From positions 4,898,001 to 4,962,000 of the forward strand of contig OZ234493.1 of the NCBI GenBank assembly GCA_965153455.1: a stretch of DNA of 64,000 nt, in the 5' to 3' direction. Numbering within the stretch: the first letter of the stretch is position 1; every line of letters starts with the position of its first letter. The notes beneath the pieces are model-generated. The model did no database searches, was not told the DNA's origin, and worked only from the letters and a program-made list of their open reading frames with translations. The translations under genes and the position numbers were made by a program. This DNA comes from Sphagnum compactum. Its lineage: Eukaryota. Positions 14,961 through 29,000 of the stretch are shown here, one piece after another.

Positions 14961-15900
14961 TTATATTAACAAAAATCTTATTCATTTATTAAACATTTTC
15001 TTTTTCAAAGTAATGGTCATTGAAATATTATTCGATAATGATATTATAAAAGAAATTGTTCAAATGATTTTACATTTTCAAAAGTAAATAAATGCAATTA
15101 TGGACAACATTGAAAAACTTTTAAATTATATTTAATCATTTCATTTGGACAAAATCTCAATAAGATATGAATTTTCAAATTTTATATTTTTGTAATATTT
15201 AAAATGAAGTATTTGATAAATAGAATGCGATGTAACACATTATCACAACAAGTGTGATGGTTTGATGGTAGGGGTGTTTGCCTCCATCCTAGAGGTTAAG
15301 GGATCAAACTTCACAAATGGTGTGTTTGTGTGGTCAACAAGGGTAAATTGATCAAATATTCTCCTATGTAGTTCCATAAAGTAGGTCCCTACTTAGATTG
15401 ATTACATGGCCTATATACCTAGGCTAAGATTTTAACCTTGCATAGGTAGTGACACGTGTCAATAATTCATAGGTTGAAAATATGAAATCATCAATAGTAT
15501 TAAATAATTTAAATTTACTTGATTTGCACATTGCCTAGTTAATTAACTAACAAGTGAAAGGGCTTGGTACATTTGTATTTCATTTAAAAGTAACCTTGTT
15601 TCATTAGGTATTAGTGGACCAATTCATTGTTTGTAGCAATTGGACCCTTTTCATTAGGGGGTTGACCAGTTTCAGCATGGTAACTATGTTCAAATTCACT
15701 CAAAATCTAGTGAAACCTAAAATGCACTAAGACACATTTTGGTGTAGTGATTATACATGATTTGGGTAGTCTTTTGATGAATAATTTGGAGTGAAAAGCT
15801 TTATTTATGTGAGTCCTATGTTGTCTTAAAATTGGACAAGTGACAAAAATTTGGGGTGTGATGTTCCTAGTGGTACTACCCAAGGACAAGTTTGTTAAGG

Positions 15901-16038
15901 TAGTTTTGCAAGCCATAGTTTTGTGATTGTAGCATTTGAAGCATACAACCTTTGTGATTCTTGTTTATTAATACAATTGTTCCATTTTATGAACCTTGAG
16001 TGTTTCATTTCTTGCTTGCTTTCAAGTTGTTTCCAATA
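15901..16038 (+). mobile_element. Relic 3' (R/U5) part of a Copia LTR of the family in the nest
   Basis: GCAAGCCATAGTTTTGTGATTGTAGCATTTGAAGCATACAACC...CAAGTTGTTTCCAATA is nearly identical to the 3' end of the nest LTRs; no internal sequence follows. Confidence 0.85.
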
Positions 16039-18179
16039 TTCTAGTTGTTGAAAGCCTTCCGATCGATTACTAGTCCCACTGATTTGTGGTTCTATATCCA
16101 TGTCATCATCCAGGTTAATTAGCTCACCCTGAGAAGGCACTCCAGCAACTTTGGCGCCTACTGCCATCCATGTTTCCTACAAAGAATAGCCAACACCTTC
16201 ATCCTTTCCTTTGGAATATGATATGACAAATGTTGGATCTACCGAAAACCAGTTTTGAAGGAGGATATCCACCACTTATGTGACCCCAAATTTAGTATTG
16301 ACTTTCACGTATTTTTGGCAATGTATAGAGGTCATGCAATTTGCTGTATAAATTGTTGAAAACAATTTGCAATTGAGTTCATCGAAACCCCTAGTTTTGC
16401 CAAGGGTACCAAACTAAATTATTTTTTGGCAACATACGTGACTCTATTGCCTTTGAGCTACATTACTTGAATTAATGTTGGTAAGTTGTAGCATACACGC
16501 CCTTGAGAAGAGAAACCTTCCATCTTTCATGGTCCACTAATGCATCCAATGGAACAAGTTTTTGGTAAATGGCAGCCTCCTTGTCCTTGTCTTTTTTTTT
16601 CTTTTTTACAACTTGGTTGGTACCTTCATAATACAAGATTGTGGGAGGTAGAACATCTTGGCCATTATTTGTCTAGTGATGAACACTAAAACACCATGCA
16701 CTACCGATTCAATGATGTCTGGGTGGAACTAAATAATCACCTACAAAAACTCCTTCACCAAGGGACAAATGGGACTCAACAAGATGTTGAACAAACCAAA
16801 AACCTCCACATGTTTTGCCCACTGCACATCTTTCTTGGCTATCCAGCTTTGAAACTTATCCATTTTGACAAATATAATTTTACCTTTATCGAAAAGGGCC
16901 ATATCCATTTTTCCCCTTTTTCTTTCTTTTCATTTGATTTTTGGTGCAAGTTGACCACCTTTTGGTTTTGTGTCTAAACCAATGTTGGGCAGTTTTCTAT
17001 TTTTGGGAGAACCCCCGAAGTTGGTTTCCTCTTATTATTATTTTTTGGAAGAACCTCCAAAAGGTTCTGAATTCAAAACCTCTAGTTAAGGTCAATATTT
17101 TATTTTTAAATATGGGGGGTTCTTGGGAAATGGTTAAGGTTTTAAGGATTATATTGTCAAAAAAATAAGGTTACTGCAATTATAAGGCAAGTACTTGAAA
17201 GAAATGAATTTTTTACTTTGAAAATGTAATGAAATTACATCTAACTTGCAACAGTTATGTACTTAATACCTACTCACTACTCACATCTACAACATTTTAT
17301 TTCCTTATAATTGGGTTTCAATGGGCATTTGACATTGGACAAACCATCACAAAAATTGTCAATCTTGTTAAATAAACATATGACTTGAACATTACATACC
17401 ACAAAAGTGTTCAAGGCACATGAGAAATGATAACAAAATGAATTTGATAGACTTCCAATATAGAAGATTAATAATTAACCTAAAATCCCAAGGACAAATC
17501 CTTTATCAAAATTGGGCTTTTGACATTGGACTAACTAAACATTCCAAATGATAGAAGTCCAAGACTTTAAAATCCAAGGACAGATCCAACCACAAATGAA
17601 AACATATGACTTGTAAAATATAACAAATTTGACCTCCTAGAGCAATGCACATGCCCAAAAACATTTATAGAAGGACAACAATTACAACATATGAATGATA
17701 TAATTCACAAAAGGTTTCAAATTTAACCAAACACATATGACTCCAAAACAAAATTAATACAGAAAACCATGCAACTTCCATCCCTAATTAATGAACCCAC
17801 ATTGAAGACCATTAGGCCATTCCTAGGTTTAGCCATTTCATCATAGAAAATTTAGTAACAAATGTGAAATAAGGAAAAACCTATGTTACAACATAAAGTG
17901 AGTCTTCAATCCTAATCAGCTCCAATCCTGCAAATGCACCAATAAACAAACACAATTACAATTTTTCTTACACAAGAAAAATGTGAACAAAAATAAACAC
18001 AAATTTAAGATGAAAAACAAAACATGCATCTGAAGTCAAAAGAAATCATAATTTGAATCTTCTTCAAAGAAGTCTTATTCCTCAATCAATTCATTGTGCT
18101 CTTCAATCATAGCATAATCCCTTTCCAAAAATTCAGCGATGGTTTTAGGCTTCAAAGGTGCATCGCACCCAACATGCTT

Positions 18180-20706
18180 CATTAGGCTAGTTCTTGATGA
18201 TGAAAAAGAGTCGATCTAAATTTTCAATGCCAAACCTAGATCGCTTCAAGTTAATATGACACTTGCAACACAAAAAAATTGTTTTATTTCAATTTGTGAT
18301 CCCACAATGCCAAGTACTTGACACATAAGGAATGAGACATGGGGAAATTGGATAGCATGTTATGCCCACCAAATTAAAGGGTTTTCCATTTCAACCAATC
18401 ACATAGCCAACCGCTGATATAATTATAATTTTTTTTTTAAGGTGGACATGATTGCATCATCATTTGATATAAACTGCCCAAAAAACAAGTCGTCATCTTC
18501 AATTACTATTGGATAAAGTGCTACTGCTGCCTAATAGGGTTCAAATGAAAGAATGCATGTAATAAAATAGGGCACATAATATTAGTGTCATAATCTGTCA
18601 CAATTTAAATGGCATGTGCATTGCCCACAAAATATAACCTTCATGTTTTGAAATGGGGGTTTAACAAGCCAACATGTTATGGGCTTTGGATTGATTATAA
18701 GCTAAAAAAAATGCCAAAAATGAGGATAGAATATATATATGACTTGCGTCATCATCCTTAACTTAATTCTTACAACTTTGAATCAAAGTCCCCATGAATT
18801 AGCGGTTGATTTAAAGCTTGGGCCTTAGTTACATTGAGGTGAAAGCATGCTAAAGTATACATGAAAAAGTTGCTGAAAAAATATCATGTTAAAAAAGAGG
18901 CAGTTTTTTAAAAAAACACAAGAAAGTAGATTCAAATTTTACTTAATTTCATTTTGAAACTATTGAGCCCTCAATTGGGTTTATTGTAAATCAACTCAAA
19001 ATTTCAAAAACTTTGGAATAATAAAAGTAAGGAATAAGTAGCTTTGAAACTAATTAGTCAATATGGTGTTCAAGCCTACTTTTTCATTAGAAATTTTAAT
19101 GAAATATACATGTATGAAGTTATAGCATAAAGATCATTGTATATTCAAAGGCCTCACAAGAAAAGAATCTTTTTTCTCTTTGTTAAAATAAACTTGACAC
19201 ATACTTAAATCAAATGTTACACTACAATAAGTAGGTTTTGTAAGCTACTTGAATTTTTAAAATTCTATTTGAAACCTAATTTTATAATGCAAAATTTAAA
19301 AATTAATGGATAATGATGAAGAGCTATCTTGGTATTTATCATTCAACTAAAAAGATTGAATGTTTAACAATTTTGTGAAGGGTTTTACTCTTACTTTTTG
19401 TTCACTTGACAAGTAAATTGGCAAGTACTTTTAGTTGTACACTTTATTGTGCTTTCACCCATTGGCTTTCATGACAATGCAATATGGTGAAGGCAAAATG
19501 AAATGCATGTGACAACAACCAATAGCCATCATTTTGATTCAGGACACAAAGTTTCACAATAAGGAACATATCTATAATGGTTTGAGCAATAGCTCAAGTT
19601 TGAAATACTAGCACTTTAGAAGATAAATGAATAGCTTGTTGTCGTCCATAGCAAATGGAAATAAACATTCTGATACTCCAGTGTTTCCTGGAATAGGATG
19701 ACTAAAAAAAAAACCTTGTCTTCACCAGAATTTTCAACATCTTGGCAAGCAAACATGCAAAAATATAAGACTCTTTCCATTCATGTTGCCCCTTACCAGA
19801 TTTTTTTGTCCAATTAATGGTCTTTTGTAATGCGGATTGAACTTTTTTCAAGCTAACTTCTAAAAATCCAACACAGACTTTATTGTCATTAGTAGCATAT
19901 TCAGCTGCTTTGACATGGCATGCCCAAAACATTACCCTACAAATGGGCATGCTAGCTGAAGGGTAGAAAAAGAAACAACAAAATTCAATGCAAAAGTCAA
20001 AGTGTTTAAATTAAGCCCTTCATCTTTGACGTATGCAATTACTTTATCAAGTAAGCCAAAGGAATCCAATAATTCAATTTTACATGGTTTGCCATTGCTA
20101 CATTTGCAGTGTTGTGTACCTCAAAAATCCCAATTGTCACATGACATGGCTCCCATGAGGTGTTGATGAAACTCATAAAATAGCAAAGGTATCAAAGCTT
20201 GCATGAAACATCCAAAGGTCAAATGAACATGTACAAGTAATACAAGATGCAAAGGTAAGGATGACACAAATTTCCTTAGTTTTATCCACCATTTAGGGAG
20301 CACTTCAATCACCATTTGGCGGCAGGATGGAAATTGTACACGCCCACATTACCACAAAACCAAACACCACAACCATGGATTCTCAATAGAAGACAAAGGC
20401 TAGCAACCCTTTGTAACATAGAGAACCAAATTCTCCAAAAAAACATGCAGTAAAGGATCTGATTTGTGGTAAAACCATTAGCTGCCAAAAAATTTTATGA
20501 TTTGAAAAGGGGGGACAATTTTCCTCTTCTTTGACCCTTGGTTTCCACTTTGGGTTTTTGTAACCCTTTGAAGCAAAAATAGTCCCCATTTTTTGTACAA
20601 GTTTGGATGTTGATGACAAGCATGTTTTTTCAAAGCGCTTATGCCATGGTTCTTATTGTAGCTCACAAGCCTTTTATGTTTTCCTTGAGCATCAAGGAGC
20701 TCCAAT
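18180..20706 (-). pseudogene. Decayed hAT-superfamily transposase (C-terminal part), interrupted by Copia A
   Basis: Minus-strand ENPLIWW*..QFPHVSFLMCQVLGIVGSQIE..F..A..NLKRSR (hAT dimerisation domain) at ~18200-18390; core fragments at 19700-20330; BED-finger tail YNKNHGISALKKH at ~20630-20660. Many stops and frameshifts. Confidence 0.75.
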
Positions 20707-21451
20707 TGTTAGAAATACAATTCGTTTCTAATTCCCAATGTTGATGAATGTGTTAAACATCATCAAAAGGATGAATAGTATTCACATCCTTATAATAATT
20801 AGGTTAGGGTTTGGGAGTGAAGGCTACTTAGGGCTTGGTGACGGCTAGGGTTAGGGTTTGATGGCGGCTAGGGTTAGGGTTTGGTGGCGACTAGGGTTAG
20901 GCAACGGCTAGGTTAGGGTTAAGTGGCAGCTACTTTAGGGTTAGGAGATAGTATATATTAGAGTGGTTTTGAGGAGTCTTTCATTCTTTCCTTTCATGGT
21001 TTTTGAGTGCACATAGAACCTTCAAGCTTTGTTAATTGTTACAAGCCATAGTTTTGTGATTGTAGCATTTGAAGCATACAACCTTTGTAATCTTCTTGTT
21101 AGTTAATAAAATTGTTTCATTTCATGAACCTTGAGTGTTTATTTTCTTGCTTGTTTTCAAGTTGTTTTCAATAGGTTATGGGCTCACACGAAGCAAGAGA
21201 AAGGACATTGTGTTAGAACAAGAAGTAGTGAAGAGTTTTGAGCTTGTATTTCATTAAAAGAAAAAGGAGAGAATCTCTCTCGCTTTTTAGTTTGCACAAT
21301 GAATGGGAGTTCATTTCCAAGTGGTGGCATACAAGGAGCTTGCAACTTTTCCAAGTGAGTGGGAGGTGTGGAAGAAACTTCTTCAAAGTGTTGTAAGTTC
21401 TCAAGTGTGGAAGAGTGTTTTTCAAGTCTTTAAGTTTCAAAGTTTTAAGTT

Positions 21452-21630
21452 CAAAGTTTGTGGAAGAAAGTTCTTCGAGTTGTTGAGAGTTTCAACATTG
21501 AAATTTGAGAAAGTTTGTGGAAGAGAGTTCTTCGAGTTGTTGAGAGTTTCAACATTGAAATTTGAGAAAGTTTGTGAAGGAGAGAGTTCTTCGAGTTGTG
21601 GAGAGTTTCAACATTGAAGTTTGAGGTGTG
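21452..21630 (+). repeat. 57-bp tandem repeat (~3 copies) in the Copia A leader
   Basis: AAAGTTTGTGGAAGARAGTTCTTCGAGTTGTTGAGAGTTTCAACATTGAAATTTGAG repeated with period 57. Confidence 0.85.
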
Positions 21631-21781
21631 TGTAAGAGAGGTTTTTCAAGTTGTTGAAAGCTTTAAGTTTCAAGGGAGGCCTTCAAACATTAGGAACTTT
21701 TTCAACTTGAAATCTTCTCCCTTGCACTTCATTTCAATAGAAAAACATAGAGTGTTTATTTTAACATTTGTGTTCAACAAA

Positions 21782-22927
21782 ATGTCATCCTTCCAAATGG
21801 AGTCTTTGAAAGTCATGGAAAAGTTTGATGGTGACAACTTTCACCTTTGGAAGTTCAAGATGCGCATGATGCTTTCCAAGCATGGGCTTTGGAAGTTTGT
21901 TGATGGGAGTGCAACAATTCCCCATGATGAACATCAAATCACGGATTATAACGAAAATGCGACCAAGGCATTTGCATTACTTTGTGAACATCTCACGAAT
22001 GCACAACTTGCACATGTTCAATATTGCGAAAATGTCAAAAGCGCTTGGGAAACGCTTTGCGGTGTCCACGAAGCCAAGACTATTGGAAACAAATTGTTTC
22101 TTCGAAGGAGGTTCTTCACCATCAAAATGCAAGAAGGGGAAGACTTGCTTGCACACATCAACATGGTGAAGACGCTTGCGGACCAGTTACGTTCCATTGA
22201 GGTGAAGATTGAAAATGAGGACGTGTACATGGTACTTCTCATGAGCCTTCCCCCATCTTTTGATAACTAGGTCACGAGTTTGGAGTCCATGTCCACCAAG
22301 GATGTTGACCTTCAATTCATCGTCGCTCGATTGCTTCATGAGGTTTCCAAAAGAAAAGAAAATGAAAGTACGAAAAATGCCGCATTGCTTAACAAAACTC
22401 ATAAGGCAAATGAAAAGCTTTGCTTTTCTTGTAAAAAACCCAGACACTTTGTGAGGAATTGTTTGGAAAAAAAAAAGTGATGAGAAAGAAAAGGCAAACC
22501 AAGCTTGTGAAGATTAAGAACAAATGTTTGTTGCCGCCTTGGGTGCTAATGATCATACGACGTACGATTGGATCATCAATTCCGACGCAACACAACACAT
22601 GATATTCGAACGAGAGTGGTTCACCACTTACGAATCCATCGTTCCACGAAAGTTGTACATGGGAGAGGACACCATTTTGGAGGCCATTGGCAAAGGGAGC
22701 ATCAAGGCCACAATGCAAGTTGGAGGTAAAATGTTGTTTATAACCATCATTCAAGTTCTTCATGTTCCCAAAATGAAGAATAGTCTCATTTCAGTTAGCA
22801 AACTCATTTTGGAGGGCTTGAAAGTGGAGTTTGACAAGGATGGTTGTAAGGTGAACAATGTCCATAGAATCGTTGTGGCGGAAGCACGTAGAGAAAAGAA
22901 CTTGTATCTTCTCAACGTCAATGTTCG
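21782..22927 (+). pseudogene. Copia A gag-protease segment
   Basis: FDGDNFHLWKFKM, degenerate CCHC knuckle, WIINSDAT (mutated DSG); in-frame stops and a frameshift. Confidence 0.9.
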
Positions 22928-25900
22928 TGTTAGAAATACTATTCGTTTCTAATTCCCAATGTTGATGAATGTGTTAAACATTCATCAAAAGGATGAATAG
23001 TATACACATCCTTGTAGTTGTTAGGTTAGGGTATACTGAGGGTTTGGCGGCGGCTAGAGTTAGGGTTAGGCGGCGGCTAGGTTTAGGGTTTGGTGGCGGC
23101 TAAGGTTAGGCGGCGGCTAGGGTTAGGGTTTGGTGGCGGCTAGGTCAGGGTTAAGTGGCGGCTACTTCAGGGTTAGGAGATAGTATATAATGGAGTGGTT
23201 TTGAATTGTCTTTCATTCTTTCCTTTCATGGTTGTTGAGTGCACATAGAACCTTCAAGCTTTGTTAGTTGTTGCAAGCCATAGTTTTATGATTGTAGCAT
23301 TTGAAGCATACAACCTTTGTAATCTTCTTTTAGTTAATACAATTGTTCCATTTCATGAACCTTGAGTGTTGCATTTCTTACTTGTTTTCAAGTTGTTTCC
23401 AAAAGGTTATGGGCCCACACCAAGCGAGAGAAAGGACATTGTGTTAGAACAAGAAGTAGTGAAAGGTTTGAGCTTGTATTGCATAGGAAAAAGGAGAGAA
23501 TCCTTTTGAGACAAGGTTCTTAGTTTGCAAAGGGAGAGAGAGTTCATTTCCAAGTGGTGCCATACAAGGAGCTTGCAACTTTTCCAAGTGAATGGGAGGT
23601 GTGGAAGAGACTTCTTCAAAGTGTTGTAAGTTCTTAAGTGTGGAAGAGTGTTCTTCAAGTCTTTAAGTTTCAAGTTTGAAGTTCAAAAGTGTGAAAGAGA
23701 GTTCTTCAAGTTTTTGAGGTTTCCAACATTGAAGTTTGAGGTGTAAGAGAAGTTTTTCAAGTTTCTTGTAAAGGTTTTTAGGAAACTTGTTTCGTTTAAG
23801 TTTTCTGAAAATGTTTGCTTGTACAATATTGAAAGGGAGAATCCTTTTGAGGGAAGGCTTTTACTTTGCAAGGTTGCAAAGAGAATAGTCTTACAAGTGA
23901 GTGAGAGGTGCGGAAGAGATTTCTTCAAGGTGTTGTAAGGTTTTCAAGTGTGAAAAACTTGTTTTTGAAAGTATCAAGGTTTTCCAAGTGAAAGTGTTTG
24001 GAAGATAGTTCTTTTAGTTGTTGAAAACTTCAACTTTCAAGTTTGAGAGTGTTTGTTGTAGCATTTGTGTTCAAAACGTCTTCTTTTCAAATGGAGTCCT
24101 TGAAAGTCATGGAGAAGTGTGATGGTGGCAACTTTCACCTTTGGAAGTTCAAAATGCGCATGATGCTTTCCAAACATGGGCTTTGGAAATTTGTTGATGG
24201 GAGTGCCACCTTGCCAAGTGAAGAAGTTGCAAGGGCCGATTACAACGAAAAAGAGACCAAGGCTTTTGCATTGCTTTGCGAACATCTCACGGATGCCCAA
24301 CTTGCACACATTCAATATTGTGACAATGTGAGAAGTGCGTGGGAGGCTCTTTGTGGTGTGCATGAAGCTAAGACCATTGGCAACAAGTTGTTCCTTCGAA
24401 GGAGATTCTTCACCATCAAAATGCAAGAAGGAGATGACATGCTTGTGCACATCAACACGGTGAAAGCCCTTGCGGACCAACTACGTTCCATCGAGGTGAA
24501 CATTACGGATAAGATGTTTACATGGTACTCCTCATGAGCCTTCCTCCATCCTTTGATAACTTAGTCACAAGCTTGGAGTCCATGTCCACGAAAGATGTAG
24601 ACCTTCAATTCGTTGTAGCAAGGTTGCTTCACGAAGTGTCCAAAAGAAAAGAATGTGAGAATTCCGAGACTACCGCATTAGTGAACAAAACTCACAAGCC
24701 AAATGAGAAGCTTTGCTTTTATTGTAAGAAACCCGGACATTTTGTGAGAAATTGTTTGAAGAAGAAAAATGATGAAAAAGAAAAAGTTAATCAAGCTTGT
24801 GAAGATCACGAACAAATGTTTGTTGCGGCATTGAGTGCCAATGATCATACCACGTATGATTGGATTGTCGATTCGGGTGCAACGCAACACATGACATCCG
24901 AACAAGAATGGTTTACCACGTACGAGCGCATTTCCTTAAGGAGGGTGTTCATGGGCGATGACACCGTTTTGGAGGCCATTGGCAAGGGGAGCATCAAAGC
25001 CACATTGCAAGTGGGAGGCCAATTGACACACACAACCATCACCCAAGTTCTTCATGTTCCAAAAATGAAGAATAATCTCATTTCGGTGAGCAAACTCATT
25101 TCAGAAGGTTTCAAAGTGGAGTTTGACAAGGATGGTTGTAAGGTGTCGCAACCCCACTTTGTCCAAGTGTGGGGGTGAAGCCCAACACTTGGAAAAGTTG
25201 GAGGTTTGGAGTCCTCCGGGACTCCCGAATGTTCAAAGCTCGGCAGCAAGGGGCAGAACACCTCGCATTGAAGTGTTCTTAGTGTCATTGGAAAGGTTTT
25301 GAAAGGCGGATATCGAAAATGGCCTCGCATTGGCCATTTGGACATTTGCAGCCCATGTTATGGGCAAAAGAAGGGCCAGGAGTCAAACTGGCAGTTTGAC
25401 TCCCGACCACTAAAAGTCGGGAATCGACCCTTTGTCGACGTCGCCTTAGGGAGTGCGACATGGCATTGGAAAGATCTCGACAAGGGCTACAACTTTGGTT
25501 TAGACCTAGTTGCGATCGGATTTCAGAATCGAGAGTTATGACCGTTCAAAGTCCCGGGAGTCTCGCCGGGACAATTTCGGGACTCCATTTCGGGAGTCCC
25601 AATAAAATGTGCCATTTGGATGTAGCCTCCGTGGTGAGCCGCATAGATAACTATAAGGGGGAAGGTGGTGGCTTCCCCCAAGTCCGGGCCGTGGTGAGTC
25701 AAGTAGTCCGAAGTGCCCGTGGCTTGTCCCAACACCCAAGGGTGTTCCCGAATGTGAACTAACCCATTTGTGGTTGGTTTTTGGATGCAGATTTGTGCTT
25801 GATCTACTAGTCCATCTTCCTAGTCTAATCCCGGGGCTTCGAACTCGACCCTCTACCCCTTTCTAGAGTTGGAAGTCGGGAGCGTGCCCTTCGGTCCTCA

Positions 25901-26007
25901 CTTTTCGCAACTTCACATTGGTGAACCCTCAAGTGGGTTCACCCCGGGACCAAGGAGCGCGTCACGTGGTATCAGAGCTCAAGGTGAAGCTCAACGACGT
26001 TTTTGGG

Positions 26008-29000
26008 ATGGCACCCAAGAAGAACCGGAAGCTAGCCCCAGAGCCTAGGTCCGAGGAGCCCGTCGATGACCTAGTAGCTCCGCCCGAATCGATTGGGGAG
26101 GAACCAAACTTCCGGGAGGACCAAGATGAGCCCGAGGTTGAACCCGAGAGTGAGGAGGAACAACGGAGCTCGGTCCTATTCACCCCGGAGCAACTTGAAG
26201 TCCTCCTCAAGATGAATAGGCCCGACTTTGGTGAGTTGGTGGCGGCCCTCAAAACGGGGGCCTCCAAAGGTGAAAGGTTTCAACCGGCCAAGCCCGGGAA
26301 TTTCGATGGTGCCCGAGACCGTAAGGTGGTGGATGCTTGGCTTGCGGAAATGGATGATTATATCCACGCCACCAAGGTTGGACGGAATTCCGCCGTGGAG
26401 CTTGCCCAATCCTACTTGAAAGGCTATGCCGCCACATGGTGGCGGACGGTGAGACAAGAGGAGGGCAAGAACCACGGCTATATGTGGGAGTTTTTCAAGG
26501 ATCACATTGAGGCGGAGTTCATTTCGAGAAACTCCGATTACATTTCTAGGTGCAAACTCCGCGACCTTGTGAATGCCACGAATGAAAATTTGAGGCAATA
26601 TGTGAGGGCCTATTCCGAACTCATGTTGGAGATCCGGCACATGCACGAGTTGGATCGTGTGTGCCAATTCGTGATGGGACTTCCGACTTGGGCCAAGCGA
26701 AAGCTTGAGGAGAGTTGGCCCGCTTCATTATCCGAGGCCATCACGAAAGTGGACAACTTCTCGGATGTGGGGCGGAGCGACAAATTCGGGTTCAAGAAGG
26801 ACAACAAGTTCCTTCACAAAAAGCCAAGGCATGAGGGGGAATGGAACCGGGGGCAAGGTAGCCCAACCAAGGATAAGCCAAAACAATTCCAAGGCTCGGG
26901 GTTCAAGCCAAAAGGTAGCTTCGTGAAAAAAGGGGCTCCTTTCAAAGGGAGCCAAACCAAGGGAGACTTTGGAGCAAAGCCCAAGGGTGCATGTTTCAAT
27001 TGCAACGAGGTGGAGCATTACTCCAAAGATTGTCCCAAATCCAAAACGGGGGTTGGGAGCTCTAAGGTACTTGCTCTCAATGCCACTTTAGCCCAACCGG
27101 AATGCAATCGATTTATATTCTTGAAAGGGAAGATTGCTAAACGAGAAATCTTATGTCTTTTGGACATAGGGGCCTCCCACAACTTCATAACTCGGGAGAG
27201 CGCCGAAAGGATGGAGCTCCACTTGGAGGAGCTCAAGGCACCCATTGAGGTGCATTTCGCGGATGGGGTTCCCCATCCAACTACACTACAAGCAAAGAGA
27301 GTGCCTCTCCAATTGGGAAATTGGAGAGGAAAAGTGGACTTGTTGGTTTCCACCTTGGGTGGAATGGATTGCGTTCTCGGAATGGAGTTCATCACCCAAA
27401 ACAATGTGCTCATAGAAGGGCACAATAGGTTGGTTAGAATCCCATCTAAAAGTGGGATTGTGCGAGTTAAGGCACATGAGTTGCCTTGTGTGGGTGGTTC
27501 AACCATCCACTTCATGTTAGGAAAAGCTTGGGAAAGAGAATGCGTGGGGGGTTTCGGCATGATGTGTGTCATGCGGGTGTTGGACGAATATGAGCCCGAG
27601 GAAGCCACCAAGTTGGTGACTTCCGCCAAGTGCATAATGCAAGTCTTACAAGAGTTCCTGGATGTGATGCCCGAAGACTTGCCCGAAGACTTGCCCCCGA
27701 GAAGACGAGTTGATCATGCGATTGAAGTGATACCGGGAGTGGAACCGCCCGCCAAGGCCCCATATAGAATGAGCCACGAGGAGTTGAAGGAACTCAAGGT
27801 TCAACTTGAGGAACTCCTCGCGAAAGGTTACATCAAACCAAGCAAGTCACCATATGGGGCACCCGTCCTTTTTGTTCACAAGAAGGATGGGACTTTGAGG
27901 ATGTGTGTGGATTATAGAGCACTCAATAAGGCAACGGTGAAAAACCGTTATCCTTTACCTCGCATCGATGATCTATTTGACCGTCTCTCGGGAGCCAAGG
28001 TTTTTAGTAGAATTGATCTACGTTCGGGATATTACCAAATAAGGATCGCGGAAGGGGACGAAGAAAAGATCGCTTTCGCACAATGTATGGGTCATACGAG
28101 TTCTTGATGATGCCCTTTGGGCTCACCAATGCACCCGCAACATTTTGCACCCTCATGAATGACATTTTCCGCGAATGGCTTGATGATTTTGTGGTCGTCT
28201 ACATAGACGACATTTTGATTTATAGTAGCTCCATGGAGGAGCATGCGGAGCACCTTCGCAAGGTGTTCCAAAGGCTAAGGGAAAACAAGTTGTATGCCAA
28301 GCTGGAGAAGTGCGAATTTGAGGTGACGGAAGTGGATTTCCTTGGGCATAGGATAACTCAAGATGGTTTGATGATGGATGATCACAAGGTCAAGGCGATT
28401 TTGGATTGGGAGCCGCCTAACTTGGTTCCCGCCTTGAGATCCTTTTTAGGATTGGCCTCCTATTATCGCAAGTTCATAAAGAACTTTGCGAGAATAGCGG
28501 CCCCTTTGACAAACCTCTTGAAGAAGTCCGCCGTCACTTATGATTGGGATGAAGCATGCGACGAAGCCTTTGGAACGTTGAAGGGCATTTTGGTGAAGGC
28601 GCCGGTGTTGAAGTTGCCCGACTTTGACAAGGAGTTTGAAATCCATTCCGACGCCTCCGACTTTGCAATTGGGGGTGTCATAGTGCAAGATGGAAGACCG
28701 GTGGCCTTTGAAAGCAAGAAGCTGAGTGAGACGGAGCGAAGGTGGCCAACTCACGAGAAGGAAATGTGGGCGGTCATACATTGTCTCAAGACTTGGGGCC
28801 ATTACATAGGCTCCAAAGATGTGGTGATGTGGACCGACAATGTGACCTTGAAGTACTTCGCAACTCAACCCAAGTTGTCATCAAAACAACAAAGGTGGCA
28901 AGACACATTGGCCTTGTTCAATGTGGACATCCGGCACAAGCCGGGAAAGGAGAACATAGTCCCCGATGCTTTGAGCCGGAAACACCAACTTAGAGTGGTG

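Noticed and set aside
15687-16038. Complete solo LTR starting at TGTTCAAA
   Set aside because: The flanks AACTA and TTCTA match at only 3 of 5 bases, so only the U5 part is called.
16040-16990. Coding relic on the minus strand
   Set aside because: Composition looks coding-like, but no domain was recognisable without a database search.
28070-28110. Programmed ribosomal frameshift in Gypsy C
   Set aside because: It falls inside the RT domain with no clear slippery heptamer, and the copy also has a nonsense codon; a 1-bp deletion is the simpler explanation.
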